Source: Patescibacteria group bacterium (lineage in GTDB: Bacteria; Patescibacteriota; Minisyncoccia; Phycocordibacterales; Phycocordibacteraceae). From it: a DNA stretch of 64,000 nucleotides. The stretch lies in assembly GCA_029260935.1 (NCBI GenBank), contig JAJDCJ010000005.1, forward strand, positions 16,073 to 80,072, given 5' to 3'. Below the pieces are notes generated by a model, which did no database searches, had not been told where the DNA came from, and worked only from the letters and a program-made list of their open reading frames with translations. Each line of letters begins with the position of its first letter. The stretch's first letter is position 1. The position numbers and the translations under genes were made by a program. Positions 29,113 to 36,355 of this stretch are shown in pieces.

Positions 29113-29144
29113 AAAACAGACCTATGGTTTCATAGGTCTGTTTT
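29113..29144. terminator. Intrinsic terminator hairpin
   Basis: AAAACAGACCTATG-GTTT-CATAGGTCTGTTTT. Confidence 0.75.
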
Positions 29145-29348
29145 TTAGCCATAGGGTTTATTACTTCCTTTCCACTTTCTTCTCATATCTCCTCGAGAAC
29201 GAGATTTTGAACCAACCGTATATCCAATTACAAAAATTGTAAACAACACAAGTAAGCCAGCTCCTCCATACATTATCCACTCGCATGAGTGAACAGCTTG
29301 TTCTTCCGCAACACCTCTTCCTGCTTCATAAAATTTAAAATCACTCAT
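29145..29348 (-). CDS. Small single-TM protein (67 aa)
   Basis: Hydrophobic core followed by basic tail; ends at terminator. Confidence 0.6.
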   Translation of the reverse strand: MSDFKFYEAGRGVAEEQAVHSCEWIMYGGAGLLVLFTIFVIGYTVGSKSRSRGDMRRKWKGSNKPYG

Positions 29349-29381
29349 TTACACAGTATCGTATCATATTGATATATTTTG

Positions 29382-30851
29382 TCAAGTAACATGATGTTTG
29401 GCACGCAGTCCGGCTATCGCTTCTTCCTCTTCTTGTTTTTGCTTCTCTCTCCCCGCTTCTCCTAGCTTTTTAAGGTCTTCATCTGACAATTCAAACAACT
29501 CTTTTGTGCGGTTTTCTAGGTACTTAGAATCATTTTTCTTTGGATCCTCAAGTACTTCTTCAAGAAGTGCATGAAGTGCCCACCCAATACGTGGCCCAGG
29601 TTTCTGATCCATGTTCGCCAATATGTAGTCGCCGTCTATTTTCAACATTCCAACAGAAATAGGATCACGGAGTGCTTCGTCCACCATTGATTTATATTTT
29701 CTAAATCGGAACGGCTGTTCCTTTGGTCTCCCTGTCCCTACACGGTCGCAGATACGTAAGTTGAGCAGGTCGCCAATATTTTCTTCGCCGACATTTACAA
29801 TCATTCGTCTGACAGCGGACAGTGTAATTTTATCCGGGTCGGAAAAAAACATATGCCACCTGACCAGCTTTGTTACTTTTTCACTTAACTCTTTTGAAAA
29901 ACGGAGGTCTTTCATTATTTTTTGGGTGACTCGTGCGCCGACTACTTCATGCCCATGAAATGTCCATTCTTTTTTCTCTTCAGAGAACCTCCGTGTCTCT
30001 GGTTTTGAAATATCGTGGAATAAACTGGCAACACGGAGCGCTACATCCCACTCTTTGTCAGCTGCGTGTTGCATGGCGCGCATGTTGTGTTCAAACACAT
30101 CATAACTGTGTGCCTGGTTTTGCTCCACACCAATTCCGCGCTCTAGGTCTGGCGTAATGTAAGTTAACAGTCCGAGCTTTTGCGCAAGATACAGCGCCTG
30201 CATCGGCGTTTTGGTTTTAATAATTTTGATAAACTCGTCGCGTATACGTTCTTTTGAAATACGACTTAAGTTTTCTGCATTTTCATGAAGCGCAGTTGCT
30301 GTTTTTATTTCAAGCGCAAATTCAAGTTCAGCTGAAAGTCTGACCGCGCGCATCATGCGAAGCGCGTCTTCTTGAAAACGTTTTTTTGGGTCACCGACAG
30401 CGCGGAGTACTTTTTTTGTGAGGTCCTCTACCCCTCCGTGCTCGTCTACAAGCGTCTCGTCTGAAATACGATACGCGAGGGCGTTTACGGTAAAATCTCT
30501 TCTCTCAAGGTCTTCTGCGAGGGTTTGAGCCCACGTTACTTTCTCTGGTCTGCGAGCATCTTTGTATTCCCCTTCGGTACGGTATGGAGTCACCTCAACC
30601 ACCGCAAGGAGCGGGTCTTCGCTTTCGGTTTTCACCCCCACCGTGCCAAAATCATTTTCATAGAAAGAGTCGGGGAAAAGTTCCTGTATCTGCTCGGGCG
30701 TTGCATTTGTAGTAAAGTCCCAGTCTTTTGGAGTTTTGTGTAGTAACAGGTCACGGACACACCCGCCCACCAGGTATGCTTCAAAACCCGCCTGCTCTAA
30801 AGTGTTAGAAACAGCTACTACTTCTTCAGGGATATCAGCGTTAGTAATCAC
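29382..30851 (-). CDS. cca: CCA tRNA nucleotidyltransferase with HD domain
   Basis: LVGGCVRD, DWD, RRDFTVNA, EDALR, HDISK; start (GTG) uncertain; tRNA genes here lack encoded CCA. Confidence 0.93.
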   Translation of the reverse strand: MITNADIPEEVVAVSNTLEQAGFEAYLVGGCVRDLLLHKTPKDWDFTTNATPEQIQELFPDSFYENDFGTVGVKTESEDPLLAVVEVTPYRTEGEYKDARRPEKVTWAQTLAEDLERRDFTVNALAYRISDETLVDEHGGVEDLTKKVLRAVGDPKKRFQEDALRMMRAVRLSAELEFALEIKTATALHENAENLSRISKERIRDEFIKIIKTKTPMQALYLAQKLGLLTYITPDLERGIGVEQNQAHSYDVFEHNMRAMQHAADKEWDVALRVASLFHDISKPETRRFSEEKKEWTFHGHEVVGARVTQKIMKDLRFSKELSEKVTKLVRWHMFFSDPDKITLSAVRRMIVNVGEENIGDLLNLRICDRVGTGRPKEQPFRFRKYKSMVDEALRDPISVGMLKIDGDYILANMDQKPGPRIGWALHALLEEVLEDPKKNDSKYLENRTKELFELSDEDLKKLGEAGREKQKQEEEEAIAGLRAKHHVT

Positions 30852-30926
30852 CCCATCATTGTGCCACACTATAAATTTTTTAACATTTGACACGAAACGG
30901 AGCTGTACTATATTGATAGTAATACT

Positions 30927-31094
30927 ATGGGAGCTGAATTATTGCGAGGGTTTGGAGAGTTACGCAAGTGTCAAAATTGCCCTTATACCGTAGAATCTTC
31001 AATGATTTCTGTTTGTAAAGGAGGACACCGTATTTGCGCCGATTGTTCATCTAGTCGTTCAAACTGCCCGCGGTGTTTTAAGTTGTTTGATTAA
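30927..31094 (+). CDS. Stand-alone C3HC4 RING-finger-like microprotein (55 aa)
   Basis: MGAELLRGFGELRKCQNCPYTVESSMISVCKGGHRICADCSSSRSNCPRCFKLFD; TTGACA-16-TATATT upstream. Confidence 0.75.
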   Translation: MGAELLRGFGELRKCQNCPYTVESSMISVCKGGHRICADCSSSRSNCPRCFKLFD

Positions 31095-31267
31095 AAAGAT
31101 TGGTTATTGTTTGGCTGTACAGGATAGGATTCCCCCTCCCCTGTTGCTTTCAAATCGCAAAGCGATATATTCAAGCAACTCCTCCGGAGCCGGGCGCCCT
31201 CGCTCTCCCGCTTCGCGCGCTCGGGTCGCCTTCGAATCCTTGGTTTTGTGGTTACAGATATTTCCTT

Positions 31268-31454
31268 GCCAGGATTCGGTCACGAGTCGCTAAGTATTTT
31301 GCTTCATGTGTTCGCAAAATACTAAGGCTCGCGACCCCGCCTCGGCAACAGTTTTACTATCGTAAAACTGGCTTTGCGCCTCCGGCCTTCGAATCCTGGC
31401 GAACACTACAAAATAACAGTCATGGAATGCTCCGCATCCCATTCTTTTATTTTG
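31268..31454 (-). repeat. tRNA-3'-linked structured element, copy after tRNA-Arg
   Basis: Hairpin, antisense T-arm copy, GGAGGCG, GGGTCGCGAGCC...GACTCGTGACCGAATCCTGGC shared with the copies at 32011 and 40911. Confidence 0.75.
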
Positions 31455-31526
31455 TGCACCCGCCAGGATTCGAACCCAGAATGACTGTTCCGAAGACAGT
31501 AGTGATATCCATTTCACCACGGGTGC
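31455..31526 (-). tRNA. tRNA-Arg(UCG)
   Basis: GCACCCG acceptor, ACTGT-CTTCGGA-ACAGT anticodon arm, GGTTCGAATCC. Confidence 0.95.
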
Positions 31527-31626
31527 TGCTCCCCTATACTACGGTATAAAGTGACAAAAAGGAACACAAAGCTCTACAAAGTCTATGTTTGACGGAGGAT
31601 ACCTTTTTAGAATAAAGTAGAAGAGT

Positions 31627-31761
31627 ATGGCAGTTAAAAAAGAGAAACTGTTCCACCACACAACAGAGGCGATTACCTGCTATTGTACGTGCCCGTGTGA
31701 AGTTCCTGTACCTAGAATTGATGATAAGTGTTCAGCATGTTCAAAAGGACTTTGTGTTTAA
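31627..31761 (+). CDS. Cys-rich microprotein (44 aa, 7 Cys)
   Basis: MAVKKEKLFHHTTEAITCYCTCPCEVPVPRIDDKCSACSKGLCV; TTGACG/TAAAGT upstream. Confidence 0.65.
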   Translation: MAVKKEKLFHHTTEAITCYCTCPCEVPVPRIDDKCSACSKGLCV

Positions 31762-31781
31762 TAACCTTAACGAATCAAGTT

Positions 31782-31895
31782 ATGAGTTCCACAGAGAACC
31801 TTAAGAAATGGAGTCCTCTTACCTGCTCTAAGTGCAGATGCAACTGCCCTAACTGCGGATGCGATGGAGAGTGTTGCACACGTTGCTCAAAATAA
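31782..31895 (+). CDS. Metallothionein-like microprotein (37 aa, 9 Cys)
   Basis: MSSTENLKKWSPLTCSKCRCNCPNCGCDGECCTRCSK. Confidence 0.65.
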   Translation: MSSTENLKKWSPLTCSKCRCNCPNCGCDGECCTRCSK

Positions 31896-31939
31896 AACTT
31901 CGTTTTGTATTATAAAATATGGTATAAATAAACGCATCT

Positions 31940-32010
31940 GCGGGCATGGTTAAGTGGTATAATACGTCCTTGCCAAGGATGAGTCCGGGGTTCGATTCCC
32001 CGTGCCCGCA
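31940..32010 (+). tRNA. tRNA-Gly(GCC)
   Basis: GCGGGCA/TGCCCGC acceptor, TTGCCAA loop, GGTTCGATTCC. Confidence 0.95.
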
Positions 32011-32199
32011 CAAAATAAAAGGCGGAATACGATAGTATTTCGCTTTTTATTTTGCAGACGGGCTAAGGGAATCGAAAGACGGAGGCGGTATACAAGACGA
32101 GGAGGAACGACGAGTGCTTGTCGCCAAGTCAGGGTCGTGAGCCGTAGAAAATTAAGGAGTGAAATGACTATAATTTTCACGGACTCCTGACCGATTCCC
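32011..32199 (+). repeat. tRNA-3'-linked structured element, copy after tRNA-Gly(GCC)
   Basis: Core 32057-32199 closely matches 40967-41100. Confidence 0.85.
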
Positions 32200-32305
32200 T
32201 ATCCTACATGCCTTGCGTCTAGATACAGAAAAATGATAGTACTCTTGTGGGGTTTCCAAAAAGTGAGATAGCGAAGCGTCCCAGTGCCCGATCCCCCACC
32301 CTCTA

Positions 32306-32908
32306 CTTTTCACATGAAACGTATACAAAATATTTTTGGTATTCCAACTTTTCATAACTTCAAAGTAAAAAGTCATATTTTTACAATTCCCAGCAAAAAT
32401 GACCTTTATGAACTAATTCCAATTTTTTAAATATACTTTAAATAAGCCCTTTCTTATTGTTTTAATCTATGTAAAATAAGTGGATAAGTCTGTGGCGTGT
32501 GTTAATAAAAGACATATTATGGTCTTATACAAAAAAGGTCTTATAGGGATATGTGGCTTAAAGTATAGTTTTAATCATAATTACCGTTATTAATGAGTTT
32601 CACGTGAAACATAGAATATATACATGGCAAAACACAACAAAATAGGACTCTTGGGTGAGAACATCGCTGAACAATTCCTAAAAAATAAAGGACTTGAGAT
32701 AATCTGCAGAAACTATAGAAAGCCCTATGGGGAGCTGGATATCGTTGCACGTGAAAACAGGATAACTCGGATTATTGAAGTTAAGTCTGTTTCATGGGAA
32801 ACGGGTAAAGAGGAGGATCTGCTCATTAGACCTGAGGAGAATATGCACCCACAGAAGATAAAACGACTCAAGAGAGTAATAGAGGCATATATCATTTCAC
32901 ATGAAACA
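32306..32908. promoter_or_regulatory. Cluster of five parS-like sites
   Basis: Matches to TGTTTCACGTGAAACA: 32596 (15/16), 32788 and 32893 (13/16), 32306 and 32743 (12/16). Confidence 0.7.
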
Positions 32909-32998
32909 AAAGAGTGGGTCTTTGATCTTATTTTAGTATATATAGACGAAAAGACCCACTCAGCACAAGTGAAATGGCTCAAGGACATTATTTTATAA
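32624..32998 (+). CDS. yraN: YraN family endonuclease
   Basis: GLLGENIAEQFL, RNYRKPYGELDIVA, IIEVKS, FDLI. Confidence 0.93.
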   Translation: MAKHNKIGLLGENIAEQFLKNKGLEIICRNYRKPYGELDIVARENRITRIIEVKSVSWETGKEEDLLIRPEENMHPQKIKRLKRVIEAYIISHETKEWVFDLILVYIDEKTHSAQVKWLKDIIL

Positions 32999-33116
32999 AA
33001 ATGTCCTTTAGTTTTTGTTTACCCTAAAATGCCACTCAAACCCGAAACCGTCCCTTTCTATGAGGTAGAAGCATCCAAAACTTTTGGGCGTTGAAATCAC
33101 TGTGTAACGAACATAG

Positions 33117-33189
33117 TCGGGGTGCCGGGATTCGAACCCGGAGTCACCTGTTCCCAAAACAGGCATGTTAACCGTTACACTACACCCCG
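33117..33189 (-). tRNA. tRNA-Pro(UGG)
   Basis: CGGGGTG acceptor, CCTGT-TTTGGGA-ACAGG, GGTTCGAATCC. Confidence 0.95.
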
Positions 33190-33335
33190 ACTATATGCAC
33201 TACACTTCTTGATTCCAACGTCTCCAAAACAGGAGAGAGGAAATACGTCTCTCTCCTGCAATGTAATAGAGAATAACATGTTTTGCTAAAAAAATATAAA
33301 ACGTAGTTCTCCTTCAGGTATAGTACTCTACAGGT

Positions 33336-33497
33336 ATGGAAAGAATACTACGTGGAAAAGAGCCGAGAGGCGAAGGAGGAGAACCTTGGACACCTGAGAT
33401 GCAATGTTGCGGGTGTAAAAGTTGCTCGCAACCCGGTGGGTGTAATTGTAAATTTACAAGCGGGCTTTTTTGTAGGTGCCAAGGTTGCAGTTCGTAG
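33336..33497 (+). CDS. Metallothionein-like microprotein (53 aa, 9 Cys)
   Basis: MERILRGKEPRGEGGEPWTPEMQCCGCKSCSQPGGCNCKFTSGLFCRCQGCSS; TATAGT upstream. Confidence 0.65.
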   Translation: MERILRGKEPRGEGGEPWTPEMQCCGCKSCSQPGGCNCKFTSGLFCRCQGCSS

Positions 33498-33526
33498 TGT
33501 TCCAGTTTTTTTGCTAGAGTGTAGTA

Positions 33527-34543
33527 ATGAACGAATTAATTATCACGTATGGGGTCGCGCTTGGTGTATTTATTACAACATGGGCGGTGTTATGGGGAGT
33601 AAAAAAAATCGCACTCTTTCAACTTACGAAACTGTCTGAGAAAACAACCAATGATCTTGACGACGCCTTTGTGGGACTTATTCAAACAATCAACTGGCTG
33701 GTACTTGGTGCGGCCTCGCTTGCTTTTGCTATCCGTTTTACGAATGCGCCTGGGGTTGTGGTGCAGTCAGTCGGTGCGCTGTTTTTAATAGCAGTGGTGT
33801 ATCAGGTATCCGTTGGTGCGGCACATATTGTTGATACTATTTTAGAAAAAAGTCAGAGCAAAAAAAATGGAAAAGAAAGAAAGAGCGCAATGAACTTTCT
33901 TTCAGGAGGAATAAAATGGATTATTTGGTTTTTTGGTGGTTTGCTTGTGCTTTCAAACCTTGGAGTAAATATAACCAGTCTTATTGCAGGTCTCGGTATT
34001 GGCGGTGTGGCTATTGCCTTCGCGTTGCAAAATATTTTAGGAGATCTTTTCAGTTCGTTTGCCATTTACTTTGACAAACCATTTGAAGTGGGGGACTACG
34101 TGGTGATTGACACACACCGTGGCACTGTTGAGAAAATAGGGCTTAAAACAACACGTATCCGATCTATTGAGGGTGAGGAAATTGTTATTTCAAACCAGGA
34201 CCTTACCTCAGCGCGTCTGCAAAACTACAGAAAACTGACAGAGCGTCGCCGTGTGTTTACATTCGGTGTGTTATACGAAACACCGCTTGACGCCGTTGAA
34301 AAAATCCCCAGCATGGTATCTAAAATAATAGAGTCTCTACCGAACGTTCGTTTTGACAGAGCACATCTCACTTCTTTTGGTGCTTCGTCTCTTGATTTTG
34401 AAGTTGTCTATTTTGTTACCTCAAGTGAATACAAATTTGCCCTTGACATTCAACAAGATATTAATTTTGCACTTATGCGAGTGTTTGAAAAAGAAAAGAT
34501 AGAGTTCGCGTACCCCACGCAGACGCTCTACGTGAAGAAGTAA
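33527..34543 (+). CDS. mscS: Small-conductance mechanosensitive channel
   Basis: LIAGLGIGGVAIAFALQN, DKPFEVGD, IEFAYPTQTL. Confidence 0.93.
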   Translation: MNELIITYGVALGVFITTWAVLWGVKKIALFQLTKLSEKTTNDLDDAFVGLIQTINWLVLGAASLAFAIRFTNAPGVVVQSVGALFLIAVVYQVSVGAAHIVDTILEKSQSKKNGKERKSAMNFLSGGIKWIIWFFGGLLVLSNLGVNITSLIAGLGIGGVAIAFALQNILGDLFSSFAIYFDKPFEVGDYVVIDTHRGTVEKIGLKTTRIRSIEGEEIVISNQDLTSARLQNYRKLTERRRVFTFGVLYETPLDAVEKIPSMVSKIIESLPNVRFDRAHLTSFGASSLDFEVVYFVTSSEYKFALDIQQDINFALMRVFEKEKIEFAYPTQTLYVKK

Positions 34544-34544
34544 G

Positions 34545-35771
34545 TCAGTTCTCCAACACGCTGACCAAAGCCGCGGAGAGGGTGGGGGCGGTGGTGAGTG
34601 AAAAGAGGGCGCGTTCTTGGTTGAGGTCGCGGGCAAGGTACTGCGCGAGCGGAATGCCGCGCTCCTCGGCAAAGTCGCGGATGATGTATTCGGTGGAAAG
34701 CGCGCGCAGGTCGCGACCATCGGTGCTCGGTGCATCAGAGGATGTCACGATGAGCCCTAAAAGTGCTGCACCAGATGGGCTTTTAGTATTTTCTATCGCC
34801 ACAGCACCGCCTGATGAGCCCTGTTGTGCAACGATTGACCCGCCTATTGAAAAGAGGTCGGCAGTAACGGTTTCAAATGTAAAGAGCTGTCTGACTTTCG
34901 CGGGAGCAGAGGCCGCGTACAGCTCTTTTTGAATAGTAAGACCGCCTAAAAAACCTGCAGGATATCCCGCCAAAAGCACTGAATCATTAGTACGTGGAGC
35001 ATCAGTTATAAGTGGGATATAGGTGAACTGTGGGGGCACCGGTATGTCGGGAGCTGCGATAAATCCAGTTACCTGAACAAGTGCGTAGTCATGAGCGCCA
35101 TTGCCAGTGGGTCTTATATCGTCAATTTTCTGCGCATTATCTACTATCCATGACGGCGAAATAAAAAGAAGGTCAAGGGTGTAGGCGGGTTTTGCAGGGC
35201 TTCCCGTACGCGCGATACACTCAATAGTGCCTAGAGCAGGGTAGTCTTCAAGGAGGAAATACTGAGCCACGTGCGCATTGGTAATGATAATACCGCGCGG
35301 GTCAATAACGACACCAGAGGCACTTATGGGGTTGAGTGATCCGCCTGAGGTGCTACAAATTATATTAACGATTGAACTGCGTACCGTCGTATTAAAGTCG
35401 TCAGAAACCGATGTGTTCTGAGGAGTCGCCGTTTTTTGTATTTTTGCCAAAGCGTCAAGGGCCTCCTGAAGTGATTTTTCAAAATCGTCAATAAGTGGCT
35501 TGGTGGGCGTAGTGGATACTGCGGACACTTCTGGGATAGTTTCTTTTTTATCCTCTTTCGGTTCAGACACCCCCTCTTCGGGTATTGGTGGATTTTCCTC
35601 TAGTTGAGATTGTTCTATCTCATCGGAAGGTGCCACCGTACTACTCGGTAAAGGTGCCGGTAGTGTGGTGTCTGGCGCCACGGCCTGGTTGGTGGCAACC
35701 CCAAGTGATATGAGGAGCGCCCCCACAACGGAGGCGACTATAACGGCTATTTCTTTGAGGAGAATGAACAT
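34545..35771 (-). CDS. Membrane-anchored trypsin-like serine protease
   Basis: ITNAHV, DYAL, GSSGG triad; N-terminal TM and Pro/Glu linker. Confidence 0.88.
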   Translation of the reverse strand: MFILLKEIAVIVASVVGALLISLGVATNQAVAPDTTLPAPLPSSTVAPSDEIEQSQLEENPPIPEEGVSEPKEDKKETIPEVSAVSTTPTKPLIDDFEKSLQEALDALAKIQKTATPQNTSVSDDFNTTVRSSIVNIICSTSGGSLNPISASGVVIDPRGIIITNAHVAQYFLLEDYPALGTIECIARTGSPAKPAYTLDLLFISPSWIVDNAQKIDDIRPTGNGAHDYALVQVTGFIAAPDIPVPPQFTYIPLITDAPRTNDSVLLAGYPAGFLGGLTIQKELYAASAPAKVRQLFTFETVTADLFSIGGSIVAQQGSSGGAVAIENTKSPSGAALLGLIVTSSDAPSTDGRDLRALSTEYIIRDFAEERGIPLAQYLARDLNQERALFSLTTAPTLSAALVSVLEN

Positions 35772-35939
35772 ATACGCCTATAATACAAGACTTTCCAGAA
35801 ATTCACTAAACACTCGTTTTATTGCTTATATATGCTATAGTAGTTGAGTTCTTGGCTCTGTTATATGAGACAGGCTAAGTCCATATTAACAGTGCTGCCT
35901 AATTGAACATTAGGCATTTGTTCTTAAGAAACAATCATT

Positions 35940-36068
35940 ATGGAAAACGGAGATATGCCGGTTGACGGCACTATGCCAACTGAAGGTGGTGACATGTCTG
36001 AAGAAAAGACTATGCCAACTGAAGGTGGTGACATGCCAGCTGAGGGTGGTGAAGAAAAAGCTGCCTAA
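35940..36068 (+). CDS. Small acidic repeat protein (42 aa)
   Basis: MENGDMPVDGTMPTEGGDMSEEKTMPTEGGDMPAEGGEEKAA; followed by terminator. Confidence 0.7.
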   Translation: MENGDMPVDGTMPTEGGDMSEEKTMPTEGGDMPAEGGEEKAA

Positions 36069-36073
36069 CTTCT

Positions 36074-36100
36074 AAAAACCCCGCGCTTGCGGGGTTTTTT
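36074..36100 (+). terminator. Intrinsic terminator
   Basis: AAAAACCCCGC-GCTT-GCGGGGTTTTTT. Confidence 0.85.
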
Positions 36101-36154
36101 ATTACAGACAACTGGATTATGTGCCCATTCTGCGGTATCCTAGAAAAATTGCGG

Positions 36155-36286
36155 GCCCGGACACTTACTTTGCCATCATAACGTTAGCATAGGATGTCGG
36201 TTGGTAAGGAAAGTAAAAAATGCTCGGAGTTCGCACGTTGAGACCTGTTGCTTAAAAGACAACAATGGCAAAGTAAGTGTCCGGGC
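36155..36286. mobile_element. MITE-like 132-bp element with 22-bp terminal inverted repeats at the 5' end of tRNA-Gly
   Basis: GCCCGGACACTTACTTTGCCAT / ATGGCAAAGTAAGTGTCCGGGC; GCGGG on both sides. Confidence 0.6.
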
Positions 36287-36355
36287 GGGATTAGTTTATC
36301 GGTAAAATAACAGTTTTCCAAACTGTGGTGAAGGGTTCGACTCCCTTATCCCGCA
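36285..36355 (+). tRNA. tRNA-Gly(UCC)
   Basis: GCGGGAT/ATCCCGC acceptor, ACAGT-TTTCCAA-ACTGT, GGTTCGACTCC. Confidence 0.95.

Noticed and set aside
31087-32376. ORF-track calls overlapping tRNAs and their tail elements (31100, 31290, 31950, 32002; also 40648-41141)
   Set aside because: Read through tRNA or repeat sequence; no protein-like features.
33352-33639. 95-aa ORF from the track
   Set aside because: Overlaps mscS by over 100 bp; the Cys-rich frame 33336-33497 has an ATG, a promoter and no overlap.
35970-36050. CRISPR-like direct repeats
   Set aside because: Only two to three in-frame coding repeats without unique spacers; no cas genes in the window.
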